Below are positions 35,175 through 47,200 of a stretch of 64,000 bases of DNA, one piece after another. Location of the stretch: contig JBECUI020000026.1 in the NCBI GenBank assembly GCA_040954595.2, forward strand, positions 124,001 to 188,000. Reading direction: 5' to 3'. A program made the position numbers and the translations under genes. The stretch's first letter is position 1, and each line of letters starts with the position of its first letter. Origin of the DNA: Balanoglossus misakiensis. Its lineage: Eukaryota; Animalia; Hemichordata. The notes under the pieces were generated by a model, which was not told the origin of the DNA, did not search any database, and saw only the letters and a program-made list of their open reading frames with translations.

Positions 35175-35232
35175 CTTCTGGACATTCATATTTCACAAAG
35201 GGTGTTCCAAACAGTGCTCCAAGATCCAATTG
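35175..35232 (-). CDS. uif: Uif-like exon: lead-in to C-type lectin (QLDLGALFGTPFVKYECPE)
   Basis: taacag acceptor, gtaagt donor, 58 nt, phase 0->1. Supplies the CPxG that opens the lectin domain. Confidence 0.75.
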
Positions 35233-35626
35233 CTGTTACAAATAAACAATAAGTTAGCTGCCAGTACACTCAATGATGTACGCGCAGAACGTCAACTGGT
35301 AAACTGTGCGCCTGTGTCTCTTCCCATAGGAGTACATGGATAATAGTTAGAAAACTCCCTTCTATTATTGTCATTTTCAGGAAATTTTACACATAGCTCC
35401 GACAAATCAAAATAAATTCACCACGGTCTATTTTGAGATAAACTTTGTTCAATATTGTATCCATAGGCAAACCATTGGTAGAAAATGCTGACCGTCAGCA
35501 GTTTTCTTCAATTATCGACTAAATTCACGGCCTTGTTTAAAGTCGAAAACAAGTGCAGTGACCCAAAATGGATTTTCATTATACATACAAATCAGAAACG
35601 AAAATCCACGATTAAAAGAAATGACA

Positions 35627-35923
35627 ATACAAAACACCGTTTATGTTAATGTAAATGTGGATATATAGTGATGCAACGTTCAACCGCACACACCTTCCAT
35701 CCCGCATGTAGACACGAGAGCGAAAACTCGCCAAACTGAAAAATCGGTCTCTACCATTTATTCATTTTGGGCGAGTTTTTACTCTCATATCATACAAGCA
35801 GGATGGAAGTTGTGTGTGGTTGAACGTTCATTCACTACATATACACATGCCCATTAATATAAACGGTGTCTTGTATCAAACATTATTAATAGAAAAGGGC
35901 GACGGGAGAGAGAGTTTGCCCCT
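35627..35923. mobile_element. Second, left-truncated copy of the foldback MITE, opposite orientation
   Basis: Same arms and same ...gagagagagtttgcccct-TTAA end. The central loop cggtctctaccattt is the reverse complement of aaatggtagagaccg in the first copy. Confidence 0.8.
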
Positions 35924-37265
35924 TTAAGGCGACATGATGCATGAAGTGGCGAGAGATAAACGCGACTGACCACCGCATTAAACACTGTCAAGCAAGGCAC
36001 TTCAAATGCCAATTGTTTAAGTGTGTACTAAGTAATAGCTTCATGTACCATGTCCTGGGGGGGGGGGGAGGGGTCAAATCACAACAGTTGGACATGTACG
36101 AATATGAAGAGACGATATCAGTTTTTTCATGTCTTCCTTTAGTAAACAATCTTTTTTGAACTTTGTATAGAATTCATTGAACTTTACTTTAGCTTATGAA
36201 CTCTCATTTGCACATCGTCATCTTGAAATTGTGTCGACTTTATCATAAGGTTTTTATAACTAGACTAGGTCGCAAAACCTATTTAAGTTAGTGAGAATAG
36301 GACGTTCACCTTTTGGGTTGATGGCTACAGACATTAATCCTGACTCATACACATGTTGCAGCCAGTATACTCTGCAGACATTGGACACAATAGTTTTACT
36401 AACCATTGAATTTTATTGGACCATCAAGTTTATTGACCCATGACGTTCATATAGATTGTATGACACGACTGACGCTATAATCGGTCCATACCTTCGGCGA
36501 GCCAAGTGTTTTATAACATCATAAGATATTAATACCTATCACCCAGTCAAACGATTTCAAGTTATACAATTTCCACGCCAATAGGACGCCTTTAGGTGGA
36601 AATGCAACCAGGTATCCTGAATAGGAAAATATTCGGGGTATCTGTCAAGTTTAGTCCCATATTTAGGGGACCAAGAGCCCTCAGGCGCTTGGTCCCCTTC
36701 TATTATTGCTGGAGTTTGTCTTCTTTCTTCTTGAGTCGTTTTTTTGCGCCCGTTTTTCTCTGAAATTCCGGCAGGTGCGCCTTCCAAATTTGGCACGGTG
36801 GTTGGGGCCCATAGTACTGGTGCACCAGCCCTTTGAATTTGTAATTAGTCACGTGACTTTGTTGCTATAATCGAGCGAAATTTTCAAATTGACCTAATTT
36901 GCACGTTAATGGGGGCATGTACATTCTTTTCGCGATTTTTGTAGACCATGTGGCCAAAATCCCCTGTGCCAAATTTCAAGGTCCTAGGCCACGTCGATTT
37001 TGAGAAGAAGATTTTTGTAATATTTTTTCGCTTTTTTTGGTGGGCTGAGGACGGACACTGGGGCATCGGACTTTGACCGTCATTACGTTATGTTGTGGAG
37101 ATCTCATTAGCAGGCTACTCACTTCTGGCGGGTTGCAGTAGTCCTTGGAAAATCGGCTGAAATACGTAAACAGACCAGTGATTATTTTCCACGGAATGAA
37201 TTTTGGGACAACACATTATCGGAGTTCAGGCTGTGTTAGGGCGTTTTATTGAATTACGCTGAGTT

Positions 37266-40200
37266 TGGATTGACTACTGTGTTACCACTGAAATTTCTCA
37301 TAGCAATGTTCTTTCAATTTCGAGTCTTTGCAATGTTGTTGACTCCGACCATATTCCTGTTTCAATAGAGGTTCATTTCAACACTTCTGCTGATGAAAGC
37401 TTCAGCAGTAGTTCCTTCAAGCAATGTAATTTTCGAGTTGATTGGAAAAAATTGTCACAGCAGAATATATCCGCCTACACCGGTTGTACCAAAGCCAAGA
37501 TTGATAAGATTAATTTATCCGAAGAGTTATTCTGCACTAATGTGAACTGTACAGACCCTTCGCATTTACAGGCAATTGATACTTGTTATAGTAGTATTGT
37601 GGACGCATTGAATTGTGCTGCAAAAGATACCATTAGACGTAAGTTTCACCAGAAAGTTCATGTTGTGCCTGGCTGGAACGATTTTGTAAAAGAAAGTCAC
37701 GACTATGCCCGTTCCATGTTTTTATTATGGGTTAATGTGGGTAAACCTAAACAAGGCCCGCTTTTTGAAACCATGAAATCTTCCAGAGCTCGTTTTTAGT
37801 ATGCTTTACGTGCTTGTAAAAAGATTGAGAATCAAAATAGGGCTGACAAGATGGCTGATAATTTACGCTGCCACAAACAGAACGACTTCTGGGAGGAAGT
37901 CAGAAAGCAAACTAGCAGAAAAACGCCGCTTTCTGACACTGTAGGTGGAGCGACTGGTGAGAGTGAAATTGCAATTATGTGGCACAAGCATTTCAGTGAT
38001 ATTTTGAATTCTGTCAAGGCTCAGACTGGTAAAAATGACATCGAGGAGAAAATGAGGTATGTTAAATTTTCTTCTGATATGTATGTTTCTGAAGACGAAG
38101 TAATTTCTGCTATACATAAGTTACCTGACGGTAAGACAGCTGGCATTGACAATATTTTAGCTGAGCACCTCAAATTCTCAGACTCCTCTATTTTACCCTT
38201 TCTGACTTGTTGTATTAATGCAATGATTGTTCATGGTTACCTGCCAACTGAGGCTATCAATGTTAATTTAGTTCCAATTATTAAGGATAAAACTAAGCTT
38301 TGTAGTGATGCCAGTAACTACCGGCCGATAGCACTAGCAACTGTTTTCTCTAAAGTTTTTGAGCATATTTTACTTTTTCGTTGTGAGGAGTCTCTTACCT
38401 CTCATTATTTACAATTTGGTTTCAAGCGAGAACATTCAACTGACCTGTGTTTATTTGCATTTAAAGAAATCATTAGCTACTACACCAGCAATGGAAGACC
38501 AGTGTTTACTTGTTTTCTGGATGCTTCAAAAGCTTTTGACAGAGTTAATCACTTTAAACTGGTTATAATTAACAAGCACATCGACAGGAATGTTCCCTTG
38601 TATGCTGTACGAATTTTATATTAATGGTACAGAAATCAATTGTTTACTGTGTTGTGGGGTAATGAACCCTCAGAGTTGTTTTCTGTTTCTAACGGTGTAA
38701 GACAAGGGGGGGGGGTACTCTCTCCCTATCTTTTTAATGTCTACATTGATGATATTATCAATGCACTCTGTAAAGCCAAAGTTGGCTGTACCATGTCTGG
38801 TGTCAGCGCTAACACTTTAGGTTACGCTGACGACATGGCTCTACTCAGTCCAAGTATTAAGGGTCTACGCCGTCTTCTTAGAATTTGTGAAATTTATGGC
38901 AAGGATTATGATATCATTTATAATTCTAGTAAAACTGTGTGCATGCTTTTTAATGGGAAGAATATGAGCGTTCAAAGAATTCCTTCGGTTAAACTTAATG
39001 ACATCACTTTAAAGTTTGTACCTGTACACACCTATCTGGGCCATGTTATATCTTGTGATGGTTGTGATAATGAAGATATTGAACGACAGAGAAGAGCATT
39101 TTGTGTAAGAGCAAACATGCTATTGAGACATTTTCAACATTGTAGTCAAGATGTGAAGAAAGTTTTATTTTTGGCATATTGTAGTAATATTTACTGTTGC
39201 AGTTTGTGGGCATCCTTTAAAGTTAAACCGATGAAAAAATTTAAAACTATGTACAATAATGTTTGGAGAAGATTTCTCGGTCTTCCGCCATTTTGCTGTG
39301 CATCGGGTATGTTTGCTACAAACCATGTACATGTATTGTCACTTGGTGAAGTTTTTAGACGCAATATGTACAGTTTTAAGATGGGTCCCTGGGATCTCTT
39401 TGCTCGTTGCTATGGGCCTTTATAGGACATTACACCCCGATTTGGACTAAGCCGTTTTCAGAGTCTAACAAGGGGCTGGTAACTAGTTGAAAATCTGCAC
39501 GATTGTGTGCACACCCCCTGTCCGAGTATGTTTACGGCAGCTACCACCCGGCCATAGGCCGCCACGCTAATACGGCAAAGCAGCGGTCAGCGATAGCGTG
39601 CGCGTCCTGTAACCACAGTAACTTGATCGAACGCTAAAAATCCAATGTTTTGTACACAGAGATTTTGTACCGTTCACGAAAATCCCTAAGGCTTTTTTCA
39701 TAGGCCACGTACGCCAGTCAAATTTGACCTGCTTGTTGAGAACGCACTTCCGCACAGTGTGACGGATCGTTTTTTCGGTTTTCGTCGTGCTAAGAAGCGA
39801 TACCGCTGGAAGAGTGCGTCCAAAAACACCCACAATCGATGACTTTTTCAGGTGTGGTACGGGTATGCTGAAATCTTAGGATACAACGATAATATTCGAA
39901 AACAAAATCCGTCACGATCTTCCCTGGTTCAAGCAACTAATGAATACGTATCAAGTTCGTTTTTGAGGTCACGGAATAAAAAGCCTTAGGCTTTTGAAAT
40001 TTGACCTAGCTAATTTTCATATCAATGGCGTCAGGGGGCGCGCGCTCACAATCGTGCAGATTTTCAACTAGTTACCAGCCCCTTGTTAGACTCTGAAAAC
40101 GGCTTAGTCCAAATCGGGGTGTAATGTCCTATAAAGGCCCATAGCAACGAGCAAAAAGATCCCAGGGACCCATCTTAAGCGTAGACTCGAAAATTCTTCT

Positions 40201-40403
40201 AATGTTTAACTTGATGCGATCTGTTCATCAGATAGAGCGACTGACAGCATATTTTTCAAACATTGGCGAAAGCAATTGTATATCATGTAAGTTTTTTTTT
40301 TTGTGTGTGTCTCAGTGTCAGATTATTATTATTGTTTTTTTTTCTTCTCTCTTTTGGGTATATGGACTTTTTTTAAAGTCTGAAATAAAGAATTATTATT
40401 ATT
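37266..40403 (+). mobile_element. 5'-truncated non-LTR retrotransposon (APE-RT ORF, degraded; RTEX- or CR1/Daphne-type, clade unresolved)
   Basis: One reading frame from the endonuclease tail (WIDY...DSDHIPV) through RT motifs (NYRPIAL, QFGFK, FLDASKAFDRV, GVRQGG..LSP.LF, YADD, YLG) to a stop at 40288-40290. Premature stops at 37797, 38622 and 40207. AATAAA at 40384 and an (ATT)n tail to 40403. Confidence 0.93.
39380..40174. mobile_element. Young non-autonomous DNA transposon with ~128-bp TIRs and TTAA target duplication (Kolobok-like), nested in the LINE
   Basis: TTAA 39376-39379 and 40175-40178. TIRs 39380-39507 and 40047-40174, with one mismatch seen. Excision restores the LINE frame RNMYSFK|RRLENSSN. 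Confidence 0.95.
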
Positions 40404-41287
40404 TGTTAGCTGTTGCCATTCAAATGTGTCTACGCAAACCCGGCTACACTGGCAGTGGGCTTTGACTCTAAGTCGCTAATGTTGTGGGAGGTTTCATTAG
40501 CATTGTAGTCACATGTAGTGGATAGTAGTTTGGGAAATTGCCTGAAATACGTCAGCAGACCAGTGATTTTCTTGCACGAAGGGAGTATGGTACCAGCAAT
40601 AATCAGAGATCAGGCTTCGTTGCCGTTCAAAAGTTCCTACTTCAGTCGTGATGTTGCAACTGGACGTTCAGTATGGGGGTCGGCCCGCAGGTGGCCGTGT
40701 GGGTTATCAGGTCGCCCGTAACGGCACGCAGCTACATGCAGCTGTATGGGACCAAAATAATACACCCGATTCGGGGGTCACCTGTGACACCTGCGTAACT
40801 CAATAATTATATGCATGCGTAATTGTGGGGTCAATGAAAGGGGTGGTAGCGTGGTATTTGTTGCACATGGATCAATATGAAGTCCGATTTTCCCGTCAAG
40901 TTGTGGGCGACCTTATGTGACCTTTCACCTACTTTTGCTTAGTGAGCATCTACAGAAGATGCATGCAGCTTTGGCTTGGGGGGGGGGGGGGCATATACGG
41001 ATGGGCCATAATGACATACCAAAGGCGGGGTCACCTGTTGCACCTGCCTAAGTCATTGATTTTGTACATTTAATTGGACACTAACCAACAGGGCGATAGG
41101 TGTGGTTTTTGTTCCACAGGGACGAATGTAAGTGTCAGTTGGTTTTTGCCCAAATGTATAAGGTGATTTTGATGACCTCTGTCATACAGTGCCATATCTC
41201 ATCCCGTTGTACAGGTGCAGCTTTGGTATTTGGAGGGATGAAACTATCATGAAATGCCAAATACAGGGGGATACCTTTGATACCTGC

Positions 41288-44200
41288 CATGATTTTTTTC
41301 AAAAATCGACGAAATTTTGAGATTTTGCAAAGTCGAAAATTTGTCATTTTTTGATGATTTTCACCCGTCTTTTTTCAAAAATCGACGAAATTTTGAGATT
41401 TTGCAAGAGAGGAAAATTTGTCATTTTTTGATGATTTTCAACAATTTTTTTAAAAAATCGACGAAAATTTGAGATTTTGCAGTAAAAAATTTGTAATTTT
41501 TTGATGATTTTCACCGATGATTTTTTTCAAAATTGACGAAATTTTGAGATTTTGAAGTCGAAAATTTGTAATTTTTTGATGATTTTCCCCCATGATTTTT
41601 TTCAAAAATCGACGAAATTTTGAGATTTTGCAAAGTCGAAAATTTGTCATTTTTTGATGATTTTCACCCATGATTTTCTTCAAAAATCGACGAAATTTTG
41701 AGATTTTGCAAAGTCGAAAATTTGTCATTTTTTGATGATTTTCACCCAATGTTTTTTTTTCAAAAATGGACGAACCCATGATTTTTTTCAAAATCGACGA
41801 AATTTTGAGATTTTGCAAAGTCGAAAATTTGTCATTGTCATGATGATTTTCAACCATGATTTTTTTCAAAAATTGACGAAATTTTGAGATTTTGCAGTCA
41901 AAAATTTGTCATTTTTTGATGATTTTCACCCATGATTTTTTTTCACAAATCGACGAAATTTTGAGATTTTGCAGTCGTAAATTTGTCATTTTTTAATGAT
42001 TTTCCTCCATGATTTTTTTTCAAAAATCGACGAAATTTTGAGATTTTGCAAAGTCTAAAATTTGTCATTTTTTGATGATTTTCACCCATGTCTTTTTTCA
42101 AAAATCGACGAAATTTTGAGATTTTGCAAAGAGGAAAATTTGTCATTTTGTGATGATTTTCAACAATGATTTTTTTTCAAAAATCGACGAAATTTTGAGA
42201 TTTTGCAGTCAAAAATTTGTCATTTTTTGATGATTTTCAACAATTTTTTAAAAAAATCGACGAAAATTTGAGATTTTGCAGTAAAAAATTTGTCATTTTT
42301 TGATGATTTTCACCCATGATTTTTTCAAAATTGGCAAAATTTTGAGATTTTGCAAAGTCGAAAATTTGTCATTTTTTGATGATTTTCACCCATGATTTTT
42401 TTTCACAAATCGACGAAATTTTGAGATTTTGTAGTCGTAAATTTGTCATTTTTTGATGATTTTCCCCCATGATTTTTTTCAAAAATCAACGAAATTTTGA
42501 GATTTTGCAAAGTCGAAAATTTGTCATTTTTAGATGATTTTCACCCGTCTTTTTTCAAAAAATCGACGAAATTTTGAGATTTTGCAAAGAGGAAAATTTG
42601 TCATTTTTTGATAATTTTCAACAATGATTTATTTCAAAAATCGACGAAATTTTGAGATTTTGCAGTCGAAAATTTGTCATTTTTTGATGATTTTCCCCCA
42701 TGATTTTTTTCAAAAATCGACGAAATTTTGAGATTTTGCAAAGTTGAAAATTTTTCAAAAATCGACGAAATTTATAGATTTTGCAAAGAGGAAAATTTGT
42801 CATTTTTTGATGATTTTCACCCATGATTTTTTTCAAAATTGACGAAATTTTGAGTCTTTGCAGTCGAAAATTTGTCATTTTTTGATGATATTCACCCGTT
42901 TTTTTTTCAAAAATCGACGAAATTTTGAGATTTTGCAGTCGAAAATTTGTCATTTTTTGATGATTTTCACCCATGATTTGTTCAAAATTGACGAAATTTT
43001 GAAATTTTGCAGTCGAAAATTTGTCATTTTTTGATCATTTTCCCCATGATTTTTTTCAAAAATCGACGAAATTTTGAGATTTTGCAAAGTCTAAAATTTG
43101 TCATTTTTTGATGATTTTCACCCTTGATTTTCTTCAAAAATCGACGAAATTTTGAGATTTTGCAAAGTCGAAAATTTGTCATTTTTTGATGATTTTCACC
43201 CATGATTTTTTTCAAAAATCGATGAAATTTTGAGATTTTGCAGTAAAAAAATTGTCATTATTTGATGATTTTCGACCATGATTTTTTTCAAAATTGACGA
43301 AATTTTGAGATTTTGCAGTCGAAAATTTGTCATTTTTTGATCATTTTCCCCCATGATTTTTTTCAAAAATCGACGAAATTTTCAGATTTTGCAAAGTCGA
43401 AAATTTGTCATTTTTTCATGATTTTCACCCATGATTTTTTCAAAAATCGACGAAATTTTGAGATTTTGCAAAGTCGAAAATTTGTCATTTTTTGATGATT
43501 TTCACCCATGTCTTTTTTCAAATATCGACGAAATTTTGAGATTTTGCAAAGAGGAAAATTTGTCATTTTTTGATGATTTTCAACAATGATTTTTTTTCAA
43601 AAATCGACGAAATTTTGAGATTTTGCAGTCAAAAATTTGTCATTTTTTGATTATTTTCAACAATTTTTTTAAAAAATCGACGAAAATTTGAGATTTTGCA
43701 GTAAAAAATTTGTCATTTGTTGATGATTTTCACCCATGATTTTTTCAAAATTGGCAAAATTTTGAGATTTTGCAAAGTCGAAAATTTGTCATTTTTTGAT
43801 GATTTTCCCCCATGATTTTTTTCAAAAATCAACGAAATTTTGAGATTTTGCAAAGTCGAAAATTTGTCATTTTTAGATGATTTTCACCCGTCTTTTTTCA
43901 AAAAATCGACGAAATTTTGAGATTTTGCAAAGAGGAAAATTTGTCATTTTTTGATAATTTTCAACAATGATTTATTTCAAAAATCGACGAAATTTTGAGA
44001 TTTTGCAGTCGAAAATTTGACATTTTTTGATGATTTTCCCCCATGATTTTTTTCTAAAATCGACGAAATTTTGAGATTTTGCAAAGTTGAAAATTTTTCA
44101 AAAATCGACGAAATTTATAGATTTTGCAAAGAGGAAAATTTGTCATTTTTTGATGATTTTCACCCATGATTTTCTTCAAAAATCGACGAAATTTTGAGAT

Positions 44201-47200
44201 TTTGCAGTCAAAAATTTGTCATTTTTTGATGATTTTCACCCATGATTTTTTTCAAAAATCGACGAAATTTTCAGATTTTGCAAAGTCGAAAATTTGTCAT
44301 TTTTTGATGAATTTCACCCTTGATTTTCTTCAAAAATCGACGAAATTTTGAGATTTTGCAAAGTCGAAAATTTGTCATTTTTTGATGATTTTCACCCATG
44401 ATTTTTTTCAAAAATCGATGAAATTTTGAGATTTTGCAGTAAAAAAATTGTCATTATTTGATGATTTTCCCCCATGATTTTTTTCAAAAATCGACGAAAT
44501 TTTCAGATTTTGCAAAGTCGAAAATTTGTCATTTTTTCATGATTTTCACCCATGATTTTTTCAAAAATCGACGAAATTTTGAGATTTTGCAAAGTCGAAA
44601 ATTTGTCATTTTTTGATGATTTTCACCCATGTCTTTTTTCAAAAATCGACGAAATTTTGAGATTTTGCAGTCAAAAATTTGTCATTTTTTGATGATTTTC
44701 AACAATTTTTTTAAAAAATCGACGAAAATTTGAGATTTTGCAGTAAAAAATTTGTCATTTTTTGATGATTTTCACCCATGATTTTTTCAAAATTGGCAAA
44801 ATTTTGAGATTTTGCAGTCGTAAATTTGTCATTTTTTGATGATTTTCCCCCATGATTTTTTTCTAAAATCGACGAAATTTTGAGATTTTGCTAAGTTGAA
44901 AATTTTTCAAAAATCGACGAAATTTATAGATTTTGCAAAGAGGAAAATTTGTCATTTTTTGATGATTTTCACCCATGATTTTTTTCAAAATTGACGAAAT
45001 TTTGAGTTTTTGCAGTCGAAAATTTGTCATTTTTTGATGATTTTCACCCATGATTTTTTCAAAATTGACGAAATTTTGAAATTTTGCAGTCGAAAATTTG
45101 TCATTTTTTAATCATTTTCCCCATTATTTTTTTCAAAAATCGACGAAATTTTGAGATTTTGCAAAGTCGAAAATTTGTCATTTTTTGATGATTTTCACCC
45201 TTGATTTTCTTCAAAAATCGACGAAATTTTAAGATTTTGCAAAGTCGAAAATTTGTCATTTTTTGATGATTTTCACCAATGATTTTTTTCAAAAATCGAT
45301 GAAATTTTGAGATTTTGCAGTAAAAAAAATTGTCATTTTTTCATGATTTTCACCCATGATTTTTTTCAAAATTGACGAAATTTTGAGATTTTGCAGTCGA
45401 AAATTTGTCATTTTTTGATCATTTTCCCCCATGATTTTTTTCAAAAATCGACGAAAATTTGAGATTTTGCAAAGTCGAAAATTTGTCATTTTTTGATGAT
45501 TTTCACCCATGATTTTTCTCAAAAATCGACGAAATTTTCAGATTTTGCAAAGTCGAAAATTTGTCATTTTTTGATGATTTTCACCCATGATTTTTCTCAA
45601 AAATCGACGAAATTTTCAGATTTTGCAAAGTCGAAAATTTGTCATTTTTTGATGATTTTCACCCATGATTTTTTTCAAAATTGACGAAATTTTGAGATTT
45701 TGCAAAGTCAAAAATTTGTCATTTTTTGATGATTTTCCCCCATGATTTTTTTCAAAAATCGACGAAATTTTGAGATTTTGCAAAGTTGAAAATTTTTCAA
45801 AAATCGACGAAATTTATAGATTTTGCAAAGAGGAAAATTTGTCATTTTTTGATAATTTTCAACAATGATTTATTTCAAAAATCGACGAAATTTTGAGATT
45901 TTGCAAAGAGGAAAATTTGTCAATTTTTGATAATTTTCAACAATGATTTATTTCAAAAATCGACGAAATTTTGAGATTTTGTAGTCGTAAATTTGTCATT
46001 TTTTGATGATTTTCCCCCATGATTTTTTTCAAAAATCGACGAAATTTTGAGATTTTGCAAAGTCGAAAATTTGTCATTTTTTCATGATTTTCACCCATGA
46101 TTTTTTCAAAAATCTACGAAATTTTGAGATTTTGCAAAGTCGAAAATTTGTCATTTTTTGATGATTTTCACCCATGATTTTTTTTCACAAATCGACGAAA
46201 TTTTGAGATTTTGCAAAGTCTAAAATTTGTCATTTTTTGATGATTTTCACCAATGTCTTTTTTCAAAAATCGACGAAATTTTGAGATTTTGCAAAGAGGA
46301 AAATTTGTCATTTTTTGATGATTTTCAACAATGATTTTTTTTCTAAAATCGACGAAATTTTGAGATTTTGCAGTCAAAAATTTGTCATTTTTTGATGATT
46401 TTCAACAATTTTTTTAAAAAATCGACGAAAATTTGAGATTTTGCAGTAAAAAATTTGTCATTTTTTGATGATTTTCACCCATGATTTTTTCAAAATTGGC
46501 AAAATTTTGAGATTTTGCAAAGTCGAAAATTTGTCATTTTTTGATGATTTTCACCAATGATTTTTTTTCACAAATCGACGAAATTTTGAGATTTTGTAGT
46601 CGTAAATTTGTCATTTTTTGATGATTTTCCCCCATGATTTTTTTCAAAAATCAACGAAATTTTGAGATTTTGCAAAGTCGAAAATTTGTCATTTTTAGAT
46701 GATTTTCACCCGTCTTTTTTCAAAAAATCGACGAAATTTTGAGATTTTGCAAAGAGGAAAATTTGTCATTTTTTGATAATTTTCAACAATGATTTATTTC
46801 AAAAATCGACGAAATTTTGAGATTTTGCAGTCGAAAATTTGTCATTTTTTGATGATTTTCCCCCATGATTTTTTTTCAAAAATCGACGAAATTTTGAGAT
46901 TTTGCAAAGTTGAAAATTTTTCAAAAATCGACGAAATTTATAGATTTTGCAAAGAGGAAAATTTGTCATTTTTTGATGATTTTCACCCATGATTTTTTTC
47001 AAAATTGACGAAATTTTGAGTCTTTGCAGTCGAAAATTTGTCATTTTTTGATGATTTTCACCCGTTTTTTTTTCAAAAATCGACGAATTTTTGAGATTTT
47101 GCAGTCGAAAATTTGTCATTTTTTGATGATTTTCACCCATGATTTTTTCAAAATTGACGAAATTTTGAAATTTTGCAGTCGAAAATTTGTCATTTTTTGA

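Larger units (their letters stand above)
17331..35232 (-). pseudogene. uif: uninflatable (Uif)-like multidomain cell-surface protein gene, N-terminal part, probably pseudogenised
   Basis: 14 exons in collinear order CLECT-CUB-CUB-CUB-CCP-CCP-CCP-EGF-EGF, with mostly matching phases. The second EGF carries the Uif-type insert (GYLLYANNGTGGFYLPPGETG...FNQSCV). Lesions: TGA at 23339-23337, no phase-0 donor for CUB1a, and no LDLa or CUB2b exon found. Uif identity is from recalled architecture and motifs, not from a database search. Confidence 0.75.
36660..41287 (+). mobile_element. Helentron/HINE-like element with diverged ~250-bp internal repeats, interrupted by a LINE
   Basis: Hairpin aggggaccaag...cttggtcccct (~36665-36698) followed by ctattatt, a tcttctttcttctt tract and ccaaatttggcac-type core motifs. 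37052-37238 resembles 40445-40622, and 40772-40885 resembles 41027-41135. The right boundary is inferred. Confidence 0.5.

Noticed and set aside
39380-39425. C-terminus MGPWDLFARCYGPL of the RT ORF
   Set aside because: It is read-through into the inserted TIR element; the true LINE frame resumes at 40179.
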